Virus record (IMG/VR): IMGVR_UViG_3300048033_000857
Location: 19,338-83,337 of that record
Strand: one strand, 5' to 3'
Source of the DNA: a virus
DNA length: 64,000 nucleotides
The notes below the pieces were generated by a model. That model saw nothing but the letters and a program-made list of their open reading frames with translations. It was not told the origin of the DNA and searched no databases. The position numbers were made by a program, and so were the translations under genes. Positions 1 through 8,511 of this stretch are shown here, piece by piece. How positions within the stretch are numbered: position 1 is the stretch's first letter; every line of letters begins with the position of its first letter.

Positions 1-231
1 CTGATATATGAGCGTAGCAACGGTGTTGTCTACGCTCATTATCGCGACAAACCTGAGATACCTCGTTGGATTATAGGAGGAGATCCGGGTGCTGTTGCAA
101 GAGCACAAGGTGAAATATTAGACTACGGTGAGTGGAAAAACTTATGCGAAGTAGCTTCAAAAAATCCAACACTTAAAAACTTAATGGACAAGTTAGTTAC
201 TACGTATTATATAGTAAAGGATTCAAAATGA
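1..231 (+). CDS. hypothetical protein, 5'-truncated by window edge
   Basis: Open frame from base 1 (LIYERSNGVVYAHYRDKPEIPRWIIGG...) to TGA 229-231, overlapping the next ATG (ATGA). Confidence 0.7.
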   Translation: MIYERSNGVVYAHYRDKPEIPRWIIGGDPGAVARAQGEILDYGEWKNLCEVASKNPTLKNLMDKLVTTYYIVKDSK

Positions 232-932
232 AAGCTATTAATCATTTAATATTTCCAACAGTTATTTCTCAAATACAGCATAACGTTTCTACTAGTGAAA
301 AAGAAAAATGGTTTGAATTATATTTAAAAAATTCAAATACTGAAGGAGTGTCACAAGACTTTCTTGGATTTGAAGACATTCAAACAAATACTGTGTTTGA
401 AGATCTCTTTATGAATAAATTAAGAGTCGGAATAAATGAATATTTTAAATCTCTTAGTATAGACACAACTAAACTTGATGTACATTTAACTAAATGTTTT
501 TTTAACGTCACTAATCAAAGTAGCATTGACATACACGATCATTCAGAGAATCATCTCTCGTTTACATATTATCCTTATATTGCTAAATCTAAAGATAGAG
601 ATTTTATAATTTATAATGTTAACGAAGCACATAATAATGAACCGTATCCTCATTTTTTTAGCAACTATGTTACTGAATGGACCGAAGTAAACAGTAATAT
701 TAATGCGTTTCCAATATATGAAGGTACTATGATAATATTTCCGTCAAGACTAAAACATTGTATTGAATCACGAGAAGGCGACAGTTACGAGGACGGTAAG
801 TCTTTTAAAGATAAGTCTTCATTGCTTCAAAGTCGATTTTGTGTAGCCGGAGATATGATATATACTCGAAAGTTAGAAATTAAAAATTACAATCGAGCGT
901 TGTCAAATCCTAAAAATTGGAGAAGTTTATAA
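228..932 (+). CDS. putative 2OG-Fe(II) oxygenase (TIGR02466-like)
   Basis: HxH motif HDHSENHLSFTYY, 'EGTMIIFPSRLKH', C-terminal R..VAGD. Confidence 0.7.
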   Translation: MKAINHLIFPTVISQIQHNVSTSEKEKWFELYLKNSNTEGVSQDFLGFEDIQTNTVFEDLFMNKLRVGINEYFKSLSIDTTKLDVHLTKCFFNVTNQSSIDIHDHSENHLSFTYYPYIAKSKDRDFIIYNVNEAHNNEPYPHFFSNYVTEWTEVNSNINAFPIYEGTMIIFPSRLKHCIESREGDSYEDGKSFKDKSSLLQSRFCVAGDMIYTRKLEIKNYNRALSNPKNWRSL

Positions 933-1375
933 TGAAACATTGGGTAGAACATCATCCAGATTTTTGGTTACCTAATTGGGAATTAGTAATTGGAAACTTA
1001 GACGCCTGTCCAGACGAAGCAATTTTTCATATGGATAACTTAGGTGTTGCAGTACATCAAGTATATTTAGAAGAGTATAAACCTATATTACATCTTGCAG
1101 ATCATATTTCTAAAGAATACAATAACGCTCCTGTAACTGCTCAAACAATGATTAGTTTTATGTCTCGAAGCGGAAATTACGGAAAGCATGTTGACGAAGT
1201 AGACGTCTATATATTACAAGCATTAGGTCTAGTTAACGTGAGTGTTTGGGAAAACGAAAATGAATACAAATATCAATTAACTCCGGGACATATGATACAT
1301 ATACCCAAAGGGCTATATCATCAGATAACTCCCTTATCGCCTAGAGTTAGTATTAGTTATGGAGTAGAAGAATGA
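932..1375 (+). CDS. cupin/JmjC-like oxygenase
   Basis: HVDEVDVYILQALG and 'LTPGHMIHIPKGLYHQI' JmjC/Cupin_4 pattern; ATG 932 overlaps the upstream TAA. Confidence 0.7.
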   Translation: MKHWVEHHPDFWLPNWELVIGNLDACPDEAIFHMDNLGVAVHQVYLEEYKPILHLADHISKEYNNAPVTAQTMISFMSRSGNYGKHVDEVDVYILQALGLVNVSVWENENEYKYQLTPGHMIHIPKGLYHQITPLSPRVSISYGVEE

Positions 1376-2133
1376 GAATTATAGCAGGTCCGTGTCAGCA
1401 CGAAACACTAGCACAGAGTGCAGAGATTGCAAAGGAATGCAAGCGTGTATGCGACAAGTATGGCATTGAATATTACTTCAAAGCAAGTTTTGACAAAGCA
1501 AATCGCACAAGTGCTAATGGCAAACGTGGCGTAGGTTTGCATCCATTTGTACACGATATACTAGCACTCAAAGACACACTTGATGTAAAAACACTAACAG
1601 ACGTACACGAAGTTGATCAAATACAATACCTCAAAGACATTGTAGATGTGCTACAGATTCCTGCATTCTTGTGTAGACAAACCGATCTTATTCGTGCAGC
1701 GTGTGATACTAACTGTGTAGTAAATATCAAAAAAGGACAGTTTCTTGCACCTTGGGACGTTGCAGGAATACTAAGTAAGTGTGAAGATGCCCGTGAGGTA
1801 TGGATTACAGAGAGAGGTACTAGTTTTGGATATAATACTTTGGTTGTCGATTTTACCGGCCTTAGCTTTATGCTTGATAATTACGATTGTCCTATTGTGC
1901 TTGATGCCACGCACTCAGTACAGAAGCCAGGCGGCAACGGAACTAGTAGCGGCGGCAATAGGGATTATGTTCCTGGCCTGGCTCGTGCAGCAAGTGCTTT
2001 GGGCGTTAGGAATTTCTTTTTAGAAGTACATGCCGATCCAGACAATGCACCTAGCGACGGTCCTAACATGCTACGCTTAGATCAATTTGAGGAGGTTGTT
2101 CGTGACATCATCAGCTATTCTTATTCCGGCTAG
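1372..2133 (+). CDS. kdsA: 3-deoxy-8-phosphooctulonate (KDO8P) synthase
   Basis: IAGPC, FKASFDKANRTS, QIPAFLCRQTDL, NIKKGQFLAP, ERGTSFGY, DATHSVQ, SDGPN motifs. Confidence 0.95.
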   Translation: MRIIAGPCQHETLAQSAEIAKECKRVCDKYGIEYYFKASFDKANRTSANGKRGVGLHPFVHDILALKDTLDVKTLTDVHEVDQIQYLKDIVDVLQIPAFLCRQTDLIRAACDTNCVVNIKKGQFLAPWDVAGILSKCEDAREVWITERGTSFGYNTLVVDFTGLSFMLDNYDCPIVLDATHSVQKPGGNGTSSGGNRDYVPGLARAASALGVRNFFLEVHADPDNAPSDGPNMLRLDQFEEVVRDIISYSYSG

Positions 2134-2791
2134 ATACGGTAGCACACGTTATCCTGGAAAGCCTTTGGCTATGTTAGATGGCGTTCCTATGATAAAGCGT
2201 GTGTATGACGCTTGTACAGCGTCTAAGATACCAACATACGTACTTACTGATGACATGCGTATATACAATCTGTTTGGTCCTAACAAATGTTGGATTGATC
2301 AAACCGATTATGCTAACGGTACTGAACGATGTGCTGGTGCTATTAAGAATGACTTCTTTAGTGAGTACGATCAGTTTGTAAATGTACAAGGCGACATGCC
2401 AGATGTAACAGTTGAAATGATTGAGAAGTGTATTGAAAACTTATCGTACAATACTCTAGTAAGCACAGTATATACAGACATGCCGTTTGAGATGGAGATT
2501 GACCCTAACACAGTCAAAATGATAACAGCATATCCGAGCAAGGCATTATGGTTTGGTAGAGGACTTAAAGGATACGGCGAATGGCACTTGGGTGTATATG
2601 GATACAAGCGCGGCGCACTACTAACCTATCCTAATTTAAAAGTTCCGCAAGAAGAAATTATCGAGCAACTAGAACAGCTACGCTGGTTAAAAAACGGTTG
2701 GCAAATAGTCTGTAGTAGTGTATACTTTAATGGAGTAGAGATTAATTCACCAGAGGATGTAGAAATATGGCAGCAGAAAAACTTAACTTAA
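2102..2791 (+). CDS. kdsB: CMP-KDO synthetase (3-deoxy-manno-octulosonate cytidylyltransferase)
   Basis: IPARYGSTRYPGKPL, GTERC, VNVQGD, HLGVYGY, EQLEQLRWL; GTG start preceded by GAGGAGG. Confidence 0.93.
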   Translation: MTSSAILIPARYGSTRYPGKPLAMLDGVPMIKRVYDACTASKIPTYVLTDDMRIYNLFGPNKCWIDQTDYANGTERCAGAIKNDFFSEYDQFVNVQGDMPDVTVEMIEKCIENLSYNTLVSTVYTDMPFEMEIDPNTVKMITAYPSKALWFGRGLKGYGEWHLGVYGYKRGALLTYPNLKVPQEEIIEQLEQLRWLKNGWQIVCSSVYFNGVEINSPEDVEIWQQKNLT

Positions 2792-3234
2792 AGCAAATAC
2801 TAGGCTGCGTAGATATGAACTACAAAGGCGCCTGGAAAGAATTTACCGACGACGAAAAGAAATCAGTTGGTTTTTGGTTATTAAATAGATACGTAAGTAG
2901 TGTTAGCGGCAGTCGTGCAAAACAAGAACGAGCAGTCTTACGTACAAACAAATACTATAACAAAAATTTTAATGATATCGGTGTTGGAAAAGATAACGGG
3001 CATCAGGAATTAATGTGGCAGCTATTGTGTATGAGTGGTGCAACCGGAGACATACAGTTTCATTCGTACATCGGTCATAAAAGAAAAGGTGAGTCAAACT
3101 CAAAGGCAGTTAAACTTATTGAACAGTTATATCCATATTTAAAAAATGACGAGGTTGAATTACTTGCTAGAATATCTACAAAAAAAGAACTCCGAGAATT
3201 GGCTAAAGAGTATGACATTGACGTCAAACTCTGA
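2767..3234 (+). CDS. putative clamp-loader small subunit (T4 gp62-like)
   Basis: 'FWLLNRYVS...N...H.ELMWQLL' pattern resembles phage gp62-like proteins; replication context. Confidence 0.45.
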   Translation: MAAEKLNLKQILGCVDMNYKGAWKEFTDDEKKSVGFWLLNRYVSSVSGSRAKQERAVLRTNKYYNKNFNDIGVGKDNGHQELMWQLLCMSGATGDIQFHSYIGHKRKGESNSKAVKLIEQLYPYLKNDEVELLARISTKKELRELAKEYDIDVKL

Positions 3235-3913
3235 AAAGCCATATGTCTGTGAATACTGCGGCAGCGGTTATGTAAGAGAAAAAACTCTTGCAGCTCATAT
3301 GTGTGAAAAGAAAAGACGCTGGATGCAAAAAGATGAAAAGCGTGTAAGGCACGGTCTGTATGCTTTTAATAGATTTTATAAACTTAGTGCAGGCGCCAAG
3401 AAAGAAAAAACATATGACGAATTTGTTAACAGTCAGTACTACAATGCATTTGTAAAGTTTGGCAGTTTTATTAGTAATGTTAAACCTTTATATCCCGAAC
3501 GTTACATAGACTGGGTAGTTAAGAGTGGAGTAAAATTAGATCACTGGTGCAGAGATAGTCTATACGAAAAATATGTTCTTGAATTTATCCTTAAAGAAGA
3601 TGTTACTACAGCATTAGAGCGTAGTGTAAAACACATGTTAGAATGGGCCGAAGAACACCAGCCCGCTCCATGGAATCATTATTTTCAACATGTAAGTTTA
3701 AATCGAGCAGTATGGCATATTAAAGACGGTAAGATTAGTCCTTGGCTCATTCTTAACTGCGATAGCGGTCGAGAAATGTTAAGTAAGTTTAATGATGAGC
3801 AATTAGGTATGGTTTATCATGTTATTAACCCGGAACATTGGTCAATAAGATTTAAAAGATTGCCCAATGACGTACAATTAGTAAAAGATATTGCTAAGGA
3901 AAGTAAGTTATGA
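3212..3913 (+). CDS. C2H2 zinc-finger-containing phage protein
   Basis: YVCEYCGSGYVREKTLAAHMC at the N-terminus. Confidence 0.6.
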   Translation: MTLTSNSEKPYVCEYCGSGYVREKTLAAHMCEKKRRWMQKDEKRVRHGLYAFNRFYKLSAGAKKEKTYDEFVNSQYYNAFVKFGSFISNVKPLYPERYIDWVVKSGVKLDHWCRDSLYEKYVLEFILKEDVTTALERSVKHMLEWAEEHQPAPWNHYFQHVSLNRAVWHIKDGKISPWLILNCDSGREMLSKFNDEQLGMVYHVINPEHWSIRFKRLPNDVQLVKDIAKESKL

Positions 3914-4338
3914 AAATTTTAATATGCGGCTTGCCTGGTAGTGGTAAAACCACACTAGCAGAACCGTTTGCAAAACTAATTGGTGCTGTACACATTAACG
4001 CAGATGCAGTACGTAAAGAATATGACGATTGGGACTTTACACCCGAAGGACGTATTCGTCAAGCACAACGTATGCGCTATCTAGCAGACGGAGTTGTAAA
4101 GGCAGGCAAAGTTGCAGTAGCAGACTTTGTTGCACCAACGCCAAAAGCACGTGAAGAGTTTGGTGCAGACTATGTAGTGTGGATGGATACTATCAAAGAA
4201 GGTAGATTCGAAGATACAAACGCAATGTATGTACCTTTAGAAAAAGATCAATATGACTATCATGTATCTGAGTGGTTTGAAGATACTCATTTACAGTTAA
4301 TGCAAATAGTGTCAAAGTATTTAGAAGATGGAAAATAA
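3910..4338 (+). CDS. adenylylsulfate-kinase-like P-loop kinase
   Basis: GLPGSGKTT, NADAVR, DFTPEGRIRQ (CysC-like). Confidence 0.75.
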   Translation: MKILICGLPGSGKTTLAEPFAKLIGAVHINADAVRKEYDDWDFTPEGRIRQAQRMRYLADGVVKAGKVAVADFVAPTPKAREEFGADYVVWMDTIKEGRFEDTNAMYVPLEKDQYDYHVSEWFEDTHLQLMQIVSKYLEDGK

Positions 4339-4543
4339 AGTATCCCCTAAGCGTCACTTAGCAAAGGCAATAACGTGGCGTGTTATAGCAAGTATTACTA
4401 CAGTACTTATTGCATGGTATTTTGGATTGCCTCCAAAAGCAATAGGAGCAGTATTCATAGCAGACTTAGTTATCAAGTTTGCTTTGTATTATGCTCACGA
4501 ACGTGTGTGGTATAAACATATACAGTATGGAGTTAAAGAATGA
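4328..4543 (+). CDS. DUF2061-like small membrane protein
   Basis: RHLAKAITWRVIA ... YYAHERVW signature. Confidence 0.75.
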   Translation: MENKVSPKRHLAKAITWRVIASITTVLIAWYFGLPPKAIGAVFIADLVIKFALYYAHERVWYKHIQYGVKE

Positions 4544-4953
4544 GTTTTGATTGGCAAAAACCTACAGCACAAATGTTAGGCAGATGGCAACCGTGGCACG
4601 ATGGTCACACAGCACTATTTAAAAAAGCACTTATGGAGACTGGCCAAGTAGCCATTATGATACGCGATGTCGGCGGCATCGTAGGGCAAGATGCAGGTGC
4701 TGGACGTACTGTAGCACAAGACGATAACCCATTTGACTTTGAAGTAGTTTATAACAATATTGAAATGGGACTAGCCGAAGCAGGATTTACATATGGCATA
4801 GAATATATTATAATGAAAGTTCCAAACATTGTAGATATTAGTTATGGCCGTGGTGTTGGTTACACATTTACACAACACGACTTAGGTGAAGAGATACACA
4901 ATATTAGTGCTACACAGATTAGAGCTAAACTAAGAGAAGAAGGTAAACTATAA
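4540..4953 (+). CDS. cytidylyltransferase-like (HIGH superfamily) protein
   Basis: GRWQPWHDGH and ISATQIR motifs. Confidence 0.75.
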   Translation: MSFDWQKPTAQMLGRWQPWHDGHTALFKKALMETGQVAIMIRDVGGIVGQDAGAGRTVAQDDNPFDFEVVYNNIEMGLAEAGFTYGIEYIIMKVPNIVDISYGRGVGYTFTQHDLGEEIHNISATQIRAKLREEGKL

Positions 4954-5522
4954 TGCCTGATATTGATATTGACTTTGCTGACAGAAATATTATACTATCT
5001 AAACTAAAGCATCGTGTAGCTAAACTCGACAGCGGCAAGAAGCATAACACCGGCGTATATGTAACTGAGATACCACATAACCCGTTTAACGAAATTGCAA
5101 CAATCGAACACAAGGCAGCAGAAGACCGCGGCTACTTTAAATTAGACTTTCTAAATGTAAGCATTTATAAAGATGTAAAAGATGATAAACACTTAACAGC
5201 ACTTATGGAGCGTGAACCTTTATGGGAACTTTTACAACACGAAGAATTTGTGGATCAACTATTTCATTTACACGGGCATACGGAAATACTCAAGAAGACT
5301 TGCCCTACTTCCGTGGAACAATTAGCTGCCGTCCTTGCTATGATAAGACCAGCGAAGAGACATTTGATTGGGAAGACATGGAACGAGATAATGAACGAAG
5401 TTTGGACTAAGCCGGAAGACGATGCTTACTACTTTAAAAAAGCACACGCAATGAGTTATGCGTTTGCTGTAATAGTACATATGAATTTATTATGTGAGGA
5501 ATTTAATGACAGTAAAGGTTAA
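4953..5522 (+). CDS. minimal DNA polymerase III alpha (DnaE)-like catalytic protein
   Basis: PDIDIDF, HNTGVYV, GYFKLDFL, LAMIRP, YYFKKAHAMSYA motifs within only 189 aa. Confidence 0.8.
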   Translation: MPDIDIDFADRNIILSKLKHRVAKLDSGKKHNTGVYVTEIPHNPFNEIATIEHKAAEDRGYFKLDFLNVSIYKDVKDDKHLTALMEREPLWELLQHEEFVDQLFHLHGHTEILKKTCPTSVEQLAAVLAMIRPAKRHLIGKTWNEIMNEVWTKPEDDAYYFKKAHAMSYAFAVIVHMNLLCEEFNDSKG

Positions 5523-6219
5523 ATTTTATTCTAAATTTAAAGAGTTAGAAATGTCTCTGCCGCCGGTTCCTGCTAGTAAATTTTGGCCTGAATGGTTTAA
5601 AAACCAAAGACCAATTATAGACGGTAACGATCAACAATATGCAAGTACTGTACGTAAATGTCCGGCAATACTGGATATTCTTAGTACTGGTTATATTATT
5701 CCTTTATGGAGTGATTTTAAATTAAAACGTACAAATAAAAATGAAATGGGTTACTTAATGCCTCCAGCAGCTTCAGAATTATTTGGAGGCATTACTACAC
5801 ATGCTAAACCTCAAATTGATAATTATCCTTTTGACAATGATACATTTCCGGGCAGTGTAAAATTTATGAATCCTTGGGGAATAGTAACTCCACCAGGTTA
5901 TAGTTGTATGGTTGTTAGTCCGTATTATCATTCTCATCCTCATATACGAGCAATGAACGGAATTATTGAAACAGACAGATATCACGAAGCACATATTAAT
6001 ACATTTTTTAATGCAAAAATAAATGAAGAAATTGAGCTTAAAAGAGGAATGCCGCTAGTCCAAGTAATTCCGTTTAAAAGAGAAGAATACGAAATGGAAA
6101 CAATTACCGGAGACGGTCGTAGTTGGATTAGCAGAATTCGTGATTTTGTTTCTGATACTCAGTTTCTTGGTGACGTAAAAAGATATAGAGACGAGTTATA
6201 TACTAAACGTTATAAGTAA
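5506..6219 (+). CDS. hypothetical protein (DUF6065/dUTPase-like fold)
   Basis: TVRKCPAILD..GYIIPLW, KFMNPW.I.TPPGYS, GMPLVQVIPFKRE. Confidence 0.5.
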   Translation: MTVKVKFYSKFKELEMSLPPVPASKFWPEWFKNQRPIIDGNDQQYASTVRKCPAILDILSTGYIIPLWSDFKLKRTNKNEMGYLMPPAASELFGGITTHAKPQIDNYPFDNDTFPGSVKFMNPWGIVTPPGYSCMVVSPYYHSHPHIRAMNGIIETDRYHEAHINTFFNAKINEEIELKRGMPLVQVIPFKREEYEMETITGDGRSWISRIRDFVSDTQFLGDVKRYRDELYTKRYK

Positions 6220-6221
6220 TT

Positions 6222-6593
6222 TTAATTTTTAGGATTCTTTATAAGTTGGACATTTTTACGTTTCACTCGTTTGACTGCTAAGTTATTTAGATTAACACAT
6301 GGTCCTAATGTAACCTTTACATCTTTAGAATTCATAGTCATGAGTGCATAACGAAATAATTCCATTTCTCGTCTTAAAAAGATATTAATAGGAATCATTC
6401 GATTTGACTCCCACCACCAAGCTTCGCCTGCTTCTAAAAATAATTCTTTATCCTGCACAGACCTTAACGAAGTAAAGACATACATAGTGGTAACATGCTG
6501 ATCTTGATTAGCAATAAGACCAACGTATTCGTTCCCCCCGTAAGTTACTACGCTTATAAATGGATAATTTTCTTGTATGTCTTTTGTTAACAT
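6222..6593 (-). CDS. hypothetical phage protein
   Basis: ORF with WWWESNRMIPINIF motif; probable start MLTKDIQ. Confidence 0.65.
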   Translation of the reverse strand: MLTKDIQENYPFISVVTYGGNEYVGLIANQDQHVTTMYVFTSLRSVQDKELFLEAGEAWWWESNRMIPINIFLRREMELFRYALMTMNSKDVKVTLGPCVNLNNLAVKRVKRKNVQLIKNPKN

Positions 6594-6614
6594 GTTATTC
6601 CGATAAATATAATT

Positions 6615-7382
6615 ATGCAATTAATACCTAGATATTTAGTCTCAAACAAAACTACAATTGTAGCTAATGAAGCAGGATTCGTCACGGAGTACAAACCAGT
6701 GTATCAAAAACATATAAACATATATAAAGGCATTGATAATGTCTTAGAATTTAAAATTTTAAATGTAGATCAAAAATCAATTGATTTAACAAATTATATT
6801 ACAAAGTTTCAGGCTTACGATGAAACTAACAGACTTGTTATTGAGCACGATGGTATTAATGTAAATGCTACAAAAGGACTAGTTAAAGTTACAGTTACAC
6901 AAAATGATTTACTTAATTTTGATCAACAATACTTTAGCTATAATATTCACTTAGTTAATCAAAATTCTGAGTCTGTAATAACTTATACAGATTCGCATTT
7001 TGGTATGAATGGTACTATATATGTTAGTGACGAAGCAATGCCAGGACCAGCAGATACAGCAGAAGTTTCTGCAATATCAGTTCTTGGTAACGACGAATGG
7101 GAAATTGGTCCAGTGACTGCCGAACCGGGAATTAATGGTAACGAAGCTCTCCATACAGCAGCAATATATACATCTGGATATATTGGAGATGTAATTGTAC
7201 AAGCAACATTAGATAGTCAAGTAACTAATCAAACTAACTGGGCAGATGTAACTACAGTTACATTTACAGGTTCTGAAAATCAACCCAAGGCTATAAACTT
7301 CAACGGAGTATTTAATCATTTAAGATTCTATACGCAATCAGATCCAACAGATAAAATAACTAAAATCTTAGTCAGAAACTGA
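6615..7382 (+). CDS. putative virion structural protein (BppU-N-like)
   Basis: beta-rich, 'IYKGIDNVLEFKILNVDQKSIDL...KGLVKVT'; preceded by TAAATA late-type motif. Confidence 0.5.
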   Translation: MQLIPRYLVSNKTTIVANEAGFVTEYKPVYQKHINIYKGIDNVLEFKILNVDQKSIDLTNYITKFQAYDETNRLVIEHDGINVNATKGLVKVTVTQNDLLNFDQQYFSYNIHLVNQNSESVITYTDSHFGMNGTIYVSDEAMPGPADTAEVSAISVLGNDEWEIGPVTAEPGINGNEALHTAAIYTSGYIGDVIVQATLDSQVTNQTNWADVTTVTFTGSENQPKAINFNGVFNHLRFYTQSDPTDKITKILVRN

Positions 7383-7411
7383 TTGACAACTCGCACACTC
7401 TGCGCTATAAT
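7383..7411 (+). promoter_or_regulatory. sigma70 promoter (leaderless primase mRNA)
   Basis: TTGACA-17nt-TATAAT; ATG 6 nt downstream. Confidence 0.8.
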
Positions 7412-7417
7412 AAGAGT

Positions 7418-8401
7418 ATGAGTGTAGTTAATGAAACAGTTCTGACATACTTGCCTGCTAAGAGGAAACAAACTCCTAGTGGCTGGCTAAGTTTCAATGC
7501 GCCCTGTTGTCATAACAATGGCAACAGTGCAGATACTCGTGGCAGGGGTGGTTTAATTAGCAACCCCGATGGAGGCGTAAGTTATCATTGCTTTAACTGC
7601 GGCTTCAAAGCATCCTGGCAACCGGGCAGGAATTTCTCACACAAGTTACGAAAACTCCTACAGTGGATGGGAGCGCCTGACGATATAATCAATAAGGTGG
7701 CGTTGGAAGTGATGAGAGAGAATGAAGGTGTAGAGGCTAAAACACGCATTGCCGAACTGCCCTCATTCAACACTGTCCCGTTGCCAGAAGATGCTATAAA
7801 GATTACAGACATTACAGACTTTAATAAGTTTAGTATGGCAGTGCTTGAGTATATGGCTGCACGTAATCTAAATGTAGATGATACAGACTATTACTGGTCA
7901 CCTAGCTTAGGCTATCGTGATAGATTGATTATACCATTCTACTTTGAAGGACGTATAGTAGGATGGACGGCAAGAACTATCACAGCAGACAAAAAGCCCA
8001 AGTACCTTACAGAAGTACAGCCGGGCTTTGTATACGGACTAGACGAACAGGGCTACAACAAAGTATTTGCTATTGTGTGCGAAGGTCAACTAGATGCTAT
8101 TCATATAGAAGGCTGCGCAATAGGCGGGTCAGAAATTTCTGACCAGCAAGCAATGTTGTTAAATAGACTACAGAAGCAAATTATTGTTGTGCCTGATAGA
8201 GACAGTGCAGGTAAGAAACTTGTCGAACGTGCTATTGAATTAGGTTTTAGTGTTAGTATGCCTGAGTGGACTGATGACATAAACGACATAGGCGATTGCG
8301 TACAACGTAACGGTAGACTATATACACTACATAGTATTGCAACTAGTGCATTAGATAGCGCACTTAAAATTAGACTAAGGGCAAAGAAATGGTTTATATA
8401 A
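7418..8401 (+). CDS. phage DNA primase
   Basis: Zn-binding PCC...YHCFNCG, RLIIPF..VGWTAR..PKY, TOPRIM CEGQLDA and VPDRD. Confidence 0.88.
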   Translation: MSVVNETVLTYLPAKRKQTPSGWLSFNAPCCHNNGNSADTRGRGGLISNPDGGVSYHCFNCGFKASWQPGRNFSHKLRKLLQWMGAPDDIINKVALEVMRENEGVEAKTRIAELPSFNTVPLPEDAIKITDITDFNKFSMAVLEYMAARNLNVDDTDYYWSPSLGYRDRLIIPFYFEGRIVGWTARTITADKKPKYLTEVQPGFVYGLDEQGYNKVFAIVCEGQLDAIHIEGCAIGGSEISDQQAMLLNRLQKQIIVVPDRDSAGKKLVERAIELGFSVSMPEWTDDINDIGDCVQRNGRLYTLHSIATSALDSALKIRLRAKKWFI

Positions 8402-8511
8402 AAAAGTTTTGGGGGTGGATTGCAACTCCGTATCGACGTTATAAAGAACGCCGAGCAATTAAAAAACGTTTAGAAGAACTTAAAAAATCAGATCCGTTTA
8501 TTTACAAATGA
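8389..8511 (+). CDS. small basic hypothetical protein (40 aa)
   Basis: MVYIKKFWGWIATPYRRYKERRAIKKRLEELKKSDPFIYK fills the gap, with ATGA overlap to the next gene. Confidence 0.6.
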   Translation: MVYIKKFWGWIATPYRRYKERRAIKKRLEELKKSDPFIYK

